Shown here piece by piece: positions 18,875-29,565 of a DNA stretch of 64,000 nt. Positions within the stretch are counted from its first letter, which is position 1, and every line of letters begins with the position of its first letter. The stretch covers positions 1,472,001 through 1,536,000 of the forward strand of contig OZ219866.1 in the NCBI GenBank assembly GCA_964291675.2, written 5' to 3'. The stretch comes from Alphaproteobacteria bacterium (GTDB lineage: Bacteria > Pseudomonadota > Alphaproteobacteria > MPNO01). A program made the translations under genes and the position numbers. A model generated the notes under the pieces. That model saw only the letters and a program-made list of their open reading frames with translations, made no database searches and had not been told where the DNA came from.

Positions 18875-21199
18875 TCAGCCTGCGGCCCCGTTGATGGCGC
18901 GCCACACCGCCTCCGGGCTCGCCGGCATGTCGATGGCGCCGACGCCGAGCGGGCTCAGCGCATCGACGATCGCGTTCATCAGCGCCGGCATCGCGCCGAC
19001 GCAGCCGGCCTCGCCGGCGCCCTTGATGCCGAGCGGGTTGGTCGGGGTGGGCACCTCGTTGATCGCCATCTCGAAGCTCGGCAGATCGTCCGCCCGAGGC
19101 ATGGTGTAGTCCATGAAGGAGCCGGCGACGAGCTGGCCCGAGTCGCGGTCCCAGACGACGTTCTCCATCAGGATCTGGCCCAGACCCTGGACGATGCCGC
19201 CATGCAGCTGGCCTTCCATCAGCAGCGGGTTGAGCACGGTGCCGACATCGTCGACCGCGGCGTAGCGCAGGATCTCGACCTCGCCGGTCTCGGGGTCGAT
19301 CTCGACCTCGCAGACATGGCAGCCATTGGGGTAGGTCGGCGCCGGCGGCGTCCAGGCGGCCCATTCGTTGATGCCGGGCTCGAAGCCCGGCGGCACGGTC
19401 ATGAAGGACTGGGCGAGCTTCGCCGCGTCGACCAGGCCGAGCGTCCGGTCGGTGCCGGCCACGGTGAAGCTCCCGTCGGCGAACTCGATGTCCTCTTCCG
19501 CCGCCTCCAGCCTGTGGGCGGCGATCTTGCGGCAGCGCTCGATCACCTTGTCGGCGGCCAGCGCGATCGAGGCGCCGCCGACGCCCGACGAGCGCGAGCC
19601 GAAGGTCCCGGTGCCGGCCATCGCCTCGTCGGAATCGCCCTGGGCGATGCGGACCTGCTCGAAATCGAGGCCGAGCCTGTCCGACAGGATCTGGCGGAAC
19701 ACCGTCTCGTGCCCCTGGCCGTGGTTGTGCGTGCCCATGGTGAGCGTCGCCGAACCCGAGGGGTCGAAGCGGATCTGCGCCCATTCCGGGAACCCGCCGG
19801 CGGATTGCTCGATCACGTTGGAGATGCCGATCCCGCGCAGCCTGCCGCGCGCGCCGGCTTCGGCCCGGCGGTCCTCGCGCCCGGCGTAATCGACCAGCGC
19901 GAGCGCCCGGTCCATGTTGGTCTCGAACTCGCCCGAATCGTAGGTGAAGACGAGGCCGGTCCGGTAGGGGAACGCATCGGCGGCGATGTAGTTGCGCCGC
20001 CGGAGCTCCGCCGGGTCGATGCCGAGCTCGTCGGCCGCGGTGTCGATCACCCGCTCGATGGCATAGGCCGCCTCCGGCCTGCCGGCGCCGCGATAGGGCC
20101 CGGTCGACATCGTGTTGGTGAACACCGCGGTCACATGGGTGTAGATCGCCCGCGTCCGGTAGGGGCCGGCCAGCGAGCCCAGATTGTTGGTCGAGGAATG
20201 CGGCCCGAGCAGGGTCAGATAGGCCCCGAGATTGGCGGTCGTCCGCACCCTGAGGGCGAGGAACTCGCCGTCGCGGGTGAGCGCCAGCTCGGCGGTGGAG
20301 ATGTTGTCGCGCGCCTGGTCGTCGACCATGAACCCCTCGGTCCGGTCGCCGGTCCACTTGACCGGCCGGCCGAGCATCTTCGAGGCGTGAAGGCACATCG
20401 TGTATTCGCAATAAGGGCCCGACCGCATCCCGAAGGCGCCGCCCATGTCGTGGCTGACGACGCGGAGGTCGCCCTCCGGCACCTTGAGGATCGGCGAGGC
20501 GGTCGCCATGCGCACCCCGTGCGGGCCCTGGGTGCCGGTATGGAGGGTGTAGCGCCCGGCGAAGGGATCGAACTCGCCGATGCAGGCGCGCGGCTCCATC
20601 GGGGCGACGGCGACGCGGGTGACGATGAAGTCGAGCCTGGTGACATGGTCGGCCGCGGCGAAGGCGGTCTCGACCGCGTCCTTGTCGCCCTGCTCGAAGA
20701 CGAAGCAGACATTGTCGGGCGCCTCCGGCCAGACCGCGGGCGCGCCGTCGGCCAGCGCGTCCGCGGTGGCGGTGACCGACGCCAGCGGCTCGTATTCGAC
20801 CTCGATCAGCTCGGCGGCGTCGCGCGCCGCATCCTGGGTCTCGGCGACGACGAAGGCGACATAGTCGCCCACCAGCCGCACCCGGCCCTTGCGCAGCGGC
20901 AGGTTGGGCGGGGTGAACATGGGCGAGCCGTCGGGCTTGTTGCGCGGCACCGCGCAGGGGATGCTGCCGAGCCCCGCCGCCTCGACATCCGCATGGGTAT
21001 AGACCGCGAGCACCCCCGGGGCCGCGCGCGCGGCGGCTGCGTCGATCGAGCGGATCTCGGCATGGGCGTGGGGCGAGCGCAGCACATGGCCATAGGCCTG
21101 GCCCGGACGGTTGAGGTCGTCGGAGTAGCGCCCGCCGCCGCGCAGCAGGCGCGGGTCTTCCCAGCGCGGCACGCCCTGGCCGATACCGAACTTGGTCAT
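18875..21199 (-). CDS. Xanthine dehydrogenase/CoxL-family Mo large subunit
   Basis: MTKFGIGQGVPRWEDPRLL, DMGGAFG, PYRGAGRPE, HGQGHET, GIKGAGEAG. Confidence 0.92.
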   Translation of the reverse strand: MTKFGIGQGVPRWEDPRLLRGGGRYSDDLNRPGQAYGHVLRSPHAHAEIRSIDAAAARAAPGVLAVYTHADVEAAGLGSIPCAVPRNKPDGSPMFTPPNLPLRKGRVRLVGDYVAFVVAETQDAARDAAELIEVEYEPLASVTATADALADGAPAVWPEAPDNVCFVFEQGDKDAVETAFAAADHVTRLDFIVTRVAVAPMEPRACIGEFDPFAGRYTLHTGTQGPHGVRMATASPILKVPEGDLRVVSHDMGGAFGMRSGPYCEYTMCLHASKMLGRPVKWTGDRTEGFMVDDQARDNISTAELALTRDGEFLALRVRTTANLGAYLTLLGPHSSTNNLGSLAGPYRTRAIYTHVTAVFTNTMSTGPYRGAGRPEAAYAIERVIDTAADELGIDPAELRRRNYIAADAFPYRTGLVFTYDSGEFETNMDRALALVDYAGREDRRAEAGARGRLRGIGISNVIEQSAGGFPEWAQIRFDPSGSATLTMGTHNHGQGHETVFRQILSDRLGLDFEQVRIAQGDSDEAMAGTGTFGSRSSGVGGASIALAADKVIERCRKIAAHRLEAAEEDIEFADGSFTVAGTDRTLGLVDAAKLAQSFMTVPPGFEPGINEWAAWTPPAPTYPNGCHVCEVEIDPETGEVEILRYAAVDDVGTVLNPLLMEGQLHGGIVQGLGQILMENVVWDRDSGQLVAGSFMDYTMPRADDLPSFEMAINEVPTPTNPLGIKGAGEAGCVGAMPALMNAIVDALSPLGVGAIDMPASPEAVWRAINGAAG

Positions 21200-21397
21200 G
21201 AAAGCCTTCCCACTCCTTGCCCGGTCGCACGACGCGGAGGGCGGGCCGAATCCCTCCCCGGGCGGCGATGAAATTCACGGCCGCCGGAATCGGCGCTGTT
21301 ATCCGCGGACGCCGGATGATAGGGGAAGGGCAAGGCGGCAACAACGCCGCTGTCTGGCCCTGACCCGGCCGCCGCAAGCCGGTAATGAGGAGTCGGG

Positions 21398-22552
21398 ATG
21401 GACGCGACGCGAGACAGGCTCGAGGCCTTGGCCGGCCGCGCCGCCGAGATATGGGGGGCGGGCGTCTTCGGCCTGGAGCTCGGCGCCGTCCTGTCCGCGC
21501 TGCTGGTCTTCGTTGCCTGCCTGCTGCTGCGCGGCCCGTTCTCGCGCCTGGTCGTGGGGCGCCTGGCGCGCTGGGCGGAGAAGACCGAGAACAAGATCGA
21601 CGATGCCGCGGTCCGGGCCCTGGAGCCGCCGCTCCGCTTCGTTCCCTTCGCCCTCGGTCTGTTCCTTGCGAAGGAGATACTGCCTGTCGCCGGGCTGGTG
21701 GAGCGCATCGCCGACGACGTGCTGCGCTCGCTGGCCGCGTTCGTCCTGTTCTGGGCGCTCTACCGCCTCGCCGAGCCGCTGCGCGGGCTCTCCGGGCGGC
21801 TGCAGGCGAAAATCGGCGCCGAGGTGGTCGACTGGACGGTCCGCGGCCTCAAGATCGCCTTCGTGGCGCTAGGCGCGATCACCGTTCTGGAGATCTGGGG
21901 GATCGAGGTCGCGCCGATCCTCGCCGGTCTCGGACTGATCGGGGTCGCCGTGGCGCTCGGCGCGCAGGACCTGTTCCGCAATCTGATCGCCGGGCTGCTG
22001 ATCATCGGCGAGCGCCGGCTGGCGCATGGCGAATGGATCAAGATCGAGGGCGGAGTCGAGGGGACGGTCGAGGCCATCGGGTTCCGCTCCACCCGGGTAA
22101 GGCAGTTCGACAAGGCGCCGATCTACGTCCCCAACTCCAAGCTCGCCGACACCGCGCTGGTCAACTACACGCGGATGACCCATCGCCGCATCTACTGGAT
22201 GATCGGCGTCGAGTACCGCACGACCGTCGAACAGCTCCGCCGGATCCGCGACGGGATCGAGGCGTTCCTGCTGGAGGACGACGCCTTCGCCCACCCGCCC
22301 GAGGTGCCGACCTTCGTGCGCATCGACCGGCTCTCGGATTCCTCCATCGACATCATGGTCTATTGCTTCACGGTGACCACGTCGTGGGGCGAGTGGCTGG
22401 CGATCAAGGAACGGCTCGCCTACCGCATCAAGGCGATCGTCGAGGAGGCCGGCACCGGCTTCGCCTTCCCGTCCCGGTCGCTCTATATCGAGACCGGCGG
22501 CGACGCGCCGGAAATCTTCGTCCCGCCGGAGCCCGACGGCACGGACAATTAG
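21398..22552 (+). CDS. MscS-family mechanosensitive ion channel
   Basis: TM helices, ALGAQDLFRN, GTVEAIGFRST, VPNS, FAFPSRSL. Confidence 0.92.
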   Translation: MDATRDRLEALAGRAAEIWGAGVFGLELGAVLSALLVFVACLLLRGPFSRLVVGRLARWAEKTENKIDDAAVRALEPPLRFVPFALGLFLAKEILPVAGLVERIADDVLRSLAAFVLFWALYRLAEPLRGLSGRLQAKIGAEVVDWTVRGLKIAFVALGAITVLEIWGIEVAPILAGLGLIGVAVALGAQDLFRNLIAGLLIIGERRLAHGEWIKIEGGVEGTVEAIGFRSTRVRQFDKAPIYVPNSKLADTALVNYTRMTHRRIYWMIGVEYRTTVEQLRRIRDGIEAFLLEDDAFAHPPEVPTFVRIDRLSDSSIDIMVYCFTVTTSWGEWLAIKERLAYRIKAIVEEAGTGFAFPSRSLYIETGGDAPEIFVPPEPDGTDN

Positions 22553-22651
22553 GACTCGTATCGACCCGCGTCGCCGTTGACTAAAGCGCGGGCGGCCAAC
22601 ATATATGCGCGTCCGCGGGCAGGGACGCCCGCCCTCTATCGGGGAACAGCC

Positions 22652-23824
22652 ATGATTCCGGCCGTCATGCCGAGCTATGCGCGCGTGGACGTCGCGTTCG
22701 AACGCGGCGAGGGACCCTATCTCTACGCCTCGGACGGCCGACGATTCCTCGATTTCGGCGCCGGCATCGCGGTCACCGTGGCGGGGCATTGCCATCCCCA
22801 TCTGGTGGAGGCGCTGACCGGCCAGGCGCGGCGCCTGTGGCACACCTCCAATCTCTACCGCATCCCGGGGCAGACGCGTCTCGCCGAGCGGCTGACCGCG
22901 GCGAGCTTCGCCGACACGGTGTTCTTCTGCAACTCGGGTGCGGAGGCGATGGAGGCCTCGCTGAAGACCGCGCGCAAGTACCAGTTCGAGTCCGGGCGGG
23001 CGGAGCGCTACCGCTTCGTCGTCTTCGACGACAGCTTCCACGGCCGGACGCTGGCGCTGATCGCGGCCGGGGCGAACGATGCGCATCGCCGCGGCTTCGG
23101 CCCGATGCTCGATTCCTTCGACCGCGTGGCGTATGGCGATCTCGACGCGGTGCAGGCGGCGATCGGCCCGGAGACGGCCGGAATCGTCGTCGAGCCGGTC
23201 CAGGGCGAGGGCGGCATCCGGCCGGCCGATCCCGGGTTCCTGCGCGGGCTGCGCGGGCTCGCCGACGAGCACGACCTGGCGCTGATCTATGACGAGGTGC
23301 AGTGCGGCATCGGCCGCACCGGCCATCTGTTCGCCCACCAGGCCGCGGACGCCCCGCCCGACATCATGGCGCTGGCCAAGGGGCTCGGCGGCGGGTTCCC
23401 GATCGGCGCCTGCCTGGTCGACGAGGAGGCCGCCATCGGCATGGTGCCCGGCACCCATGGCAGCACCTTCGGCGGCAACCCGCTGGCCAGCGCGGCGGCC
23501 AACGCGGTGCTCGACATCGTGCTCGAAGACGGGTTCCTCGAGGGCGTCAGGCAACGCGGCGCCGCCCTCGGCGAGGCGCTGCGCGGGCTCGCGCGGCGCT
23601 ACCAGGGGGTCATCGAGGAGGTTCGCGGCGTCGGCTTCATGTGGGGCATGAAATGCGTCGGCCCCAATGCCGAGCTCGGCGGCAAGATGTTCGACAGGGG
23701 GCTGCTCAACGTGCTCGCCGCCGACAACATGGTGCGGCTGCTGCCGCCGCTGATCGCCGGGGAAGACCATATCGCCGAGGCGCTGGAGACCGTCGAGGCC
23801 TGCTGCGCCGAGATCGCGAAATGA
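22652..23824 (+). CDS. argD: Acetylornithine aminotransferase
   Basis: [50 protein letters not shown]; upstream of argF. Confidence 0.93.
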   Translation: MIPAVMPSYARVDVAFERGEGPYLYASDGRRFLDFGAGIAVTVAGHCHPHLVEALTGQARRLWHTSNLYRIPGQTRLAERLTAASFADTVFFCNSGAEAMEASLKTARKYQFESGRAERYRFVVFDDSFHGRTLALIAAGANDAHRRGFGPMLDSFDRVAYGDLDAVQAAIGPETAGIVVEPVQGEGGIRPADPGFLRGLRGLADEHDLALIYDEVQCGIGRTGHLFAHQAADAPPDIMALAKGLGGGFPIGACLVDEEAAIGMVPGTHGSTFGGNPLASAAANAVLDIVLEDGFLEGVRQRGAALGEALRGLARRYQGVIEEVRGVGFMWGMKCVGPNAELGGKMFDRGLLNVLAADNMVRLLPPLIAGEDHIAEALETVEACCAEIAK

Positions 23825-24732
23825 GCCGGCCGCGGCATTTTCTCGACCTCGCGGAGCACGAGCCCGCCGTGCTGCGCCGCATGATCGACCGCTCGCTGGC
23901 GCTCAAGGCCGACCCGGGCGCGCTGGACGGCGCGGCGCCGCTCGCCGGGCTTACGCTGGCGCTGATCTTCGAGAAGCCCTCGACGCGGACCCGGGTGTCC
24001 TTCGAGGTGGCGATGACGAGCCTCGGCGGCAATGTCATGGTGCTCAATCCGAACGACATGCAGATCGGCCGGGGCGAGACCATCGCGGACACCGCGCGGG
24101 TGCTGTCGCGCTATGTCGATGCGATCATGATCCGCACCTTCGAGGCCGACACGCTCGCCGCCCTCGCCCGGCACGCGACGGTGCCGGTGATCAACGGGCT
24201 CACCGGCCGCTCGCACCCCTGCCAGTTGATGGCCGACGTGATGACCTTCGAGGAGCATCGCGGGCCGATCGAGGATCGGGTCGTCGCCTGGTCGGGCGAC
24301 GGCAACAACGTGGCCTGCTCCTGGATCGAGGCGGCGGCGGCGTTCAACTTCGAGCTCCGCCTCGCTTGCCCGCCGGTGCTGGCGCCGCCGGCCGCGATCG
24401 TCGAGCGGGCGGAACGCAATGGCGGGCGGGTCGCGCTCACCGAGGATCCCTGCGCAGCGGTGCGCGGCGCGGATTGCGTGGTGACCGACACCTGGGTGTC
24501 GATGGGCGACGATCCCGCGGACCGCCGGCACAACGTCCTCGCGCCCTTCCGGGTCGACGGGCGGCTGATGTCGCTGGCCAAGCCGGATGCGATCTTCATG
24601 CACTGCCTGCCCGCCCATCGCGGCGAGGAGGTGACGGCGGAAGTCATCGACGGGCCGCAATCGGTGGTCTGGGACGAGGCGGAGAACCGCATGCACGCGC
24701 AGAAGGCGATCCTTCTGTGGTGTCTCGAATGA
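23821..24732 (+). CDS. argF: Ornithine carbamoyltransferase
   Basis: [31 protein letters not shown]. Confidence 0.96.
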   Translation: MSRPRHFLDLAEHEPAVLRRMIDRSLALKADPGALDGAAPLAGLTLALIFEKPSTRTRVSFEVAMTSLGGNVMVLNPNDMQIGRGETIADTARVLSRYVDAIMIRTFEADTLAALARHATVPVINGLTGRSHPCQLMADVMTFEEHRGPIEDRVVAWSGDGNNVACSWIEAAAAFNFELRLACPPVLAPPAAIVERAERNGGRVALTEDPCAAVRGADCVVTDTWVSMGDDPADRRHNVLAPFRVDGRLMSLAKPDAIFMHCLPAHRGEEVTAEVIDGPQSVVWDEAENRMHAQKAILLWCLE

Positions 24733-25697
24733 CCGGCGACGGAACAACCTCGGAGGAAGCCGGACCGTTACCGCTGGTCGGGAACGACATCGTGCTGCCG
24801 TTCCAGATCGAGAGCCAGGCGGCCCGCGGCAAGCTGGTGCGGCTCGGCGGGACGGTCGACAGGATCGTCTCGCGGCGCAACTATCCGGCGCCGGTGGCGA
24901 CGCTGCTCGGCGAGCTCGCGGTGCTGGCGGCGCTGGTCTCCTCGGCGCTCAAATACGACGGGGTGCTGACCGTCCAGGTGAAGGGCGACGGCCCGGTCAC
25001 CATGCTGGTCGCCGACGCCACCTCGGCGGGCGAGATACGCGCCTATGCCGCCTTCGACCGGGCAACCCTCGCCCGGGCCGCCGCCGGGGACTGGCGAACC
25101 GCTCCGGTGCCGTGTTTGCTGGGGGACGGCTATCTCGCCTTCACCATCGACCGCGGCCCCGAGGTCGAGCGCTACCAGGGCATCGTCGAGCTGCGCGGCG
25201 GCTCGCTCGCCGACTGCGCCCGCCGCCACTTCCGCGAATCCGACCAGAACCAGGCGGCGTTCAAGCTGGCGGTCGCGCCGACCGGGCCGAGCGGCGCCTG
25301 GCGCGCCGGCGGCATGATGATGCAACGCCTGCCGGATGCCGGGCCGGCGCGGCTTTCCGGCGAGGCCCCGGACGAGGAGTTGGAGGAGAGCTGGCGCCGC
25401 GCTGTGGTGCTGATGGCTTCCTGCACCCCGGCGGAGCTCGTCGACGACCGGCTGCATCCGCACGATCTTCTCTACCGCCTGTTCCACGAGGACGGCGTGC
25501 GGGTGTTCGAGCCCCACGCGCTGGCGCATGGCTGCCGCTGTTCGCGCGACCGGGTGGAGGCCACGCTTCGCTCCTTTCCGCGCGAGGAGATCGAGGATCT
25601 GGAGATCGACGGCGAGGTCGTCGTCACCTGCGAGTTCTGCGGCGCCCGCTATGCGTTCGACGACAGCGACATCGACCGGATCTACCTGACCAATTGA
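24729..25697 (+). CDS. hslO: Hsp33 redox-regulated chaperone
   Basis: RGKLVRL, YQGIV, CRCS...CEFC zinc motif; conserved argF-hslO synteny. Confidence 0.93.
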   Translation: MTGDGTTSEEAGPLPLVGNDIVLPFQIESQAARGKLVRLGGTVDRIVSRRNYPAPVATLLGELAVLAALVSSALKYDGVLTVQVKGDGPVTMLVADATSAGEIRAYAAFDRATLARAAAGDWRTAPVPCLLGDGYLAFTIDRGPEVERYQGIVELRGGSLADCARRHFRESDQNQAAFKLAVAPTGPSGAWRAGGMMMQRLPDAGPARLSGEAPDEELEESWRRAVVLMASCTPAELVDDRLHPHDLLYRLFHEDGVRVFEPHALAHGCRCSRDRVEATLRSFPREEIEDLEIDGEVVVTCEFCGARYAFDDSDIDRIYLTN

Positions 25698-25706
25698 GCG
25701 CGCGGG

Positions 25707-26852
25707 CTAAACGCTGACGGAATCGACGACCCGTCCGAGGAAGGCGCTGCACGCCGCGATCTGGTCGAGGCGGACGAACTCGTCGGGCTGGTGGGCCTCG
25801 CTCACGCTGCCCGGGCCGCAGACGATCGACGGCACGCCGGCCTCGGCGAACAGCCCGGCCTCGCAGACATAGGGCGCGGTCGACGGCCGGTTCTGGCCGG
25901 TGAGGCGGAGCGCGAACGTCTCGGCCTCGGAGCCCGGGGACGGCCCCAGCGTTGGCGCGGCGGCCTCGACGGTGGTCCGGATGCGGGCCTCGGGATCGAC
26001 CGCCCGCATGCGCGGCATCAGCGCATCCTCCGCGAAGGCGTCGAGCCGGGCAAGCACACGGGCGGGGTCGACATCGGGCGTCGGGCGCATCTCCCAGCCA
26101 AAATCGCAGTGCCGGGCGACGATGTTGACCGCCGCGCCGCCGCCGATCCGGCCGATATTGAAGGTCGTGCCCGGCGGATCGAACGACGCCGCGGCTCCGT
26201 CGCTCGGCAGCGCGCCGATCACCGCTTCGATCTCGCGGATATATTCGGCCGCGAACAGGATCGCGTTCACCCCTTCGGCGGGGCGGCTCGAATGCCCGTC
26301 CCGGCCCAGCACGGCGGTGTGCTGCTGGGAGATGCCCTTGTGCGCATTGACCACCCGCATGTCGGTGGGCTCGCCGACGATGGCGAAGCCGGGTCTCGGC
26401 AGCTCCCTGCCGATCAGCGCGATCAGCGAGCGGACCCCGATGCAGCCCACCTCCTCGTCGTGCGACAGCGCGATGTGGACCGGCCGGGCCAGCCGGGCGG
26501 CGCCCAGCCGGGGCGCAAGCGCGAGCGCGCAGCCGATGAACCCCTTCATGTCGGCGGTGCCGCGGCCATACAGCCGGCCCTCGCGTTCGGCCATGGCGAA
26601 CGGATCGCCGGTCCAGGGCTGGCCGTCCACCGGAACCACGTCGGAATGCCCCGACAGCACGATGCCGCCGGGCTCCGGCGGGCCGAAGGTGGCGAACAGG
26701 TTGGCCTTGTCCCCGGTCTCGTCCGGCACCTGGCGGACCGCGGCGCCGTGGCCGGCGAGATAGCCGGCGACGGCGTCGATCAGCGGCTTGTTGGGCTTGG
26801 CGGAGGTGGTGTCGAAACCGACCAGCCAGCCGATCGCCTCGACATCGCTCAT
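25707..26852 (-). CDS. argE: Acetylornithine deacetylase (M20)
   Basis: LSGHSDVVP, GRGTADMKG, DEEVGC, GEPT, HKG, AHQPDE. Confidence 0.9.
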   Translation of the reverse strand: MSDVEAIGWLVGFDTTSAKPNKPLIDAVAGYLAGHGAAVRQVPDETGDKANLFATFGPPEPGGIVLSGHSDVVPVDGQPWTGDPFAMAEREGRLYGRGTADMKGFIGCALALAPRLGAARLARPVHIALSHDEEVGCIGVRSLIALIGRELPRPGFAIVGEPTDMRVVNAHKGISQQHTAVLGRDGHSSRPAEGVNAILFAAEYIREIEAVIGALPSDGAAASFDPPGTTFNIGRIGGGAAVNIVARHCDFGWEMRPTPDVDPARVLARLDAFAEDALMPRMRAVDPEARIRTTVEAAAPTLGPSPGSEAETFALRLTGQNRPSTAPYVCEAGLFAEAGVPSIVCGPGSVSEAHQPDEFVRLDQIAACSAFLGRVVDSVSV

Positions 26853-26888
26853 CGCGCGCTGCGCGGCGCGGCCTGGGGCGGGCACGCT

Positions 26889-28337
26889 CTAGCTCCTCCA
26901 GAAGGACGGCGTGAACAGGACCAGGATGGTAAATAGCTCCAGGCGGCCGAGCAACATGCCGGCGGCCAGCACCCATTTCGCGGCGTCGGGCAGGGGCGCG
27001 AAATTGCCCGACGGCCCGATGGTTTCGCCGAGCGCCGGGCCGACATTGCAGATCGCCGTCGCCGCGCCCGAGACCGCGGTGACGAAGTCGAGGCCGAGCG
27101 CGCCCAAGGCGAGCGCGAGCGCGCCGAAGGAGGCGACGAACAGGAAGAAGAAGCTCATCACCGAGCTCGCCACGTCCTGATCGATGGGCCGCCGGTTGAA
27201 GTGCGGCACGAACACGCCGTGCGGCCGGATCAGCCGGCGGAGCTGCGCCTGCGCGGTGACGTAGAGCACCTGGAAGCGGAAAATCTTGATTCCGCATGTG
27301 GTGGACCCGGCGCAGCCGCCGATGAACATGATGAAGAAGAAGGTCGCCGCGGCAAACGCGCCCCAGCCGTCGTAGCCGGTCGTGCTGTAGCCGGTGCCGG
27401 TGATGATCGAGACGACGTTGAAGCTCGCCGTGCGGATGGCGTCGACGACGGTAACGCCGCCCGAATAGGCGCGCCAGGCCGCCATGACCGCGACGATGAC
27501 GAGCACGATGCCGAGAAACGCGCGCACCTGGATGTCGTTGAACAGCGCCCAGGGCTGACCCCCGATCGCCCGCAGATAGAGCACGAAGGGGAGCGAGCCG
27601 ACGATCATGAACAGGATGATGATCGCCTCCGCGGCGGCGTTGCCGAGACCGCCGACCGAGGAGTCGGAGGTCGAGAACCCGCCGGTCGCGATCGTCGTCA
27701 TGGCGTGCACCACGGCGTCGAAGCCGCCGACGCCGACGGCGATGAGCAGCAGCACGCAGACGACGGTGAGACCCAGATAGGTGAGCCCGATCCCGCTCGC
27801 GATCTGGGTCATCCGCGGCATCACCTTGTCCGAACGGTCCGAGGACTCGGTGTGGAAGAGCTGCATGCCGCCGATCTGCAGCATCGGCATGATGGCGACC
27901 GCCATGACGATGATGCCGATCCCGCCGAGCCACTGGAGCAAAGCGCGCCACAGCAGGATCCCCGACGGCGCCTCGTCGAGCCCGGTGATCACCGTCGATC
28001 CGGTGGTGGTGATCCCGGACATCGCCTCGAAGAAGGCGTCGGTATAGCTGAGCCGCATCTCGGAGAAGGCGAAGGGGAGGGCGGCGAACATCGTCAGCGC
28101 CACCCAGCTTCCCGCGGTCAGCAGGAATGCCTGGCGGATGTTGAGGGCGAAGCGGGGGGCGCGGGCGGTCAGCACCATGGCGACGCCGACGAACAGCGTG
28201 AGCCCGCCGGCGCCCGCGAACACCTGCCAGTCGCTGTGACCGTCGACCAGGTCGGCCGCCATCGGCACCAGCATCGCCACGGCCAAGGTGGTCAGAAGTA
28301 TCCCGATGACGAAGAAGATGGGACGGAAATCGACCAC
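26889..28337 (-). CDS. trkH: TrkH potassium uptake membrane protein
   Basis: FFEAMSGITTTG, QWLGGIGII, TIATGGFS, GGCAGSTTCGIK, GRLE. Confidence 0.95.
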   Translation of the reverse strand: MVDFRPIFFVIGILLTTLAVAMLVPMAADLVDGHSDWQVFAGAGGLTLFVGVAMVLTARAPRFALNIRQAFLLTAGSWVALTMFAALPFAFSEMRLSYTDAFFEAMSGITTTGSTVITGLDEAPSGILLWRALLQWLGGIGIIVMAVAIMPMLQIGGMQLFHTESSDRSDKVMPRMTQIASGIGLTYLGLTVVCVLLLIAVGVGGFDAVVHAMTTIATGGFSTSDSSVGGLGNAAAEAIIILFMIVGSLPFVLYLRAIGGQPWALFNDIQVRAFLGIVLVIVAVMAAWRAYSGGVTVVDAIRTASFNVVSIITGTGYSTTGYDGWGAFAAATFFFIMFIGGCAGSTTCGIKIFRFQVLYVTAQAQLRRLIRPHGVFVPHFNRRPIDQDVASSVMSFFFLFVASFGALALALGALGLDFVTAVSGAATAICNVGPALGETIGPSGNFAPLPDAAKWVLAAGMLLGRLELFTILVLFTPSFWRS

Positions 28338-28395
28338 GTCATCGTCCTTGCCTGCGACCCGGCGCGGGGCCGCCCCGCCCCCGGCGAAGCGAGCC

Positions 28396-29034
28396 CTAGG
28401 CCGACCAGACCTGTCCCATCTGGGGATTGCCGATGGCCGACAGGAACTCGCGCCGGGTCGATGCGTCGTCGCGGAACGCGCCGGTCATCTGGCTGGTGAT
28501 CAGCGTCGAGCCGGGCTTGTCCACGCCGCGCGTCGTCATGCATTGATGGGTCGCCTCGATCACCACCGCCGCGCCTTGCGGCTCCAGCACGTCGTTGATG
28601 GAGTTGGCGATCTGGGCGGTCATCTTCTCCTGGATCTGCAGCCGCTTGGCATAGACCTCGACCAGCCGGGCGAGCTTCGAGATGCCGACCACCCGCCGGG
28701 TCGGCAGGTAGCCGATATGGGCGCGGCCGACGATCGGCGCCATGTGATGCTCGCAGTGCGAGGTGAAGCGGATGTTGCGCAGCACCACCATCTCGTCATA
28801 CCCGTCGGTCTCCTCGAAGGTGGTGGCGAGCATCTGCGACGGGTCCTCGCGGTAGCCGGAGAACCACTCGTCGAAGGCGCGCACCACGCGGGCCGGCGTC
28901 TCGCTCAACCCCTCGCGGTCCGGGTCGTCGCCGGCCCAGCGGATCAGCGTGCGGACGGCCTCCGCGGCCTCCTCGAAGGCGGGACGGTCGAGGAGCGGCT
29001 CGACCGCGGTAAGCGGGCTTCGGTGTGTCGACAC
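28396..29034 (-). CDS. folE: GTP cyclohydrolase I
   Basis: [32 protein letters not shown]. Confidence 0.96.
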   Translation of the reverse strand: MSTHRSPLTAVEPLLDRPAFEEAAEAVRTLIRWAGDDPDREGLSETPARVVRAFDEWFSGYREDPSQMLATTFEETDGYDEMVVLRNIRFTSHCEHHMAPIVGRAHIGYLPTRRVVGISKLARLVEVYAKRLQIQEKMTAQIANSINDVLEPQGAAVVIEATHQCMTTRGVDKPGSTLITSQMTGAFRDDASTRREFLSAIGNPQMGQVWSA

Positions 29035-29079
29035 TGCTATGCGTTTCCCGTTGCTGGCGAGGGCGCGGCGCCCCGCGGG

Positions 29080-29472
29080 CTAATTGAGTCGCTTCGGCTC
29101 GTCGGGGCAGTCGAGGGAGAAGGCGGGGATCTCGATATCGAAGCGCTCGCCGTTCTCGCCCTGCATGCCGTAGCTGCCGAGCATGATCCCCGACGGCGTC
29201 GGCAGCGGCGTGCCGGAGGTGTATTCGTAGGTCTCCCCGGGCGCCAGCACCGGCTGCTCGCCGACCACGCCGGCGCCGCGCACCTCCTGGACCCTGCCGA
29301 GCCCGTCGGTGATGCGCCAGTGGCGGGTCAGCAACTGCACCGTCGCCTCGCCCTCGTTGCTGATCTTGACGTGATAGGCCCAGACGTAATGCGCATCGGC
29401 CGGCGAGGATTGCTGGTCGAGATAGATCGGCTCGACGGAAACGCGGATCGCCCGGGTGGTGGCTGTGTACAT
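29080..29472 (-). CDS. apaG: ApaG protein
   Basis: QLLTRHWRITD, GAGVVGEQP, YTSG. Confidence 0.95.
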   Translation of the reverse strand: MYTATTRAIRVSVEPIYLDQQSSPADAHYVWAYHVKISNEGEATVQLLTRHWRITDGLGRVQEVRGAGVVGEQPVLAPGETYEYTSGTPLPTPSGIMLGSYGMQGENGERFDIEIPAFSLDCPDEPKRLN

Positions 29473-29565
29473 GAAAACTCCCTGGCTCCCCTCGAACCGC
29501 CTGCCGGCGGCCCCCGGAATGTAGGTCGCACGGGCCGGGCCTTCAATCTTGCGCCGTCCGGACCA

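Noticed and set aside
18229-21199. Aerobic CO dehydrogenase (coxL + coxG)
   Set aside because: The loop is PYRGAGR, not AYxCSFR, and no coxM or coxS is present.
18323-21271. Very long antisense or alternate-frame ORFs (982 aa here; also 55785-58451, 28288-30924, 12942-15113 and others)
   Set aside because: Shadow ORFs expected from high-GC codon bias; Arg/Ala/Gly-rich with no motifs, and opposite clear genes.
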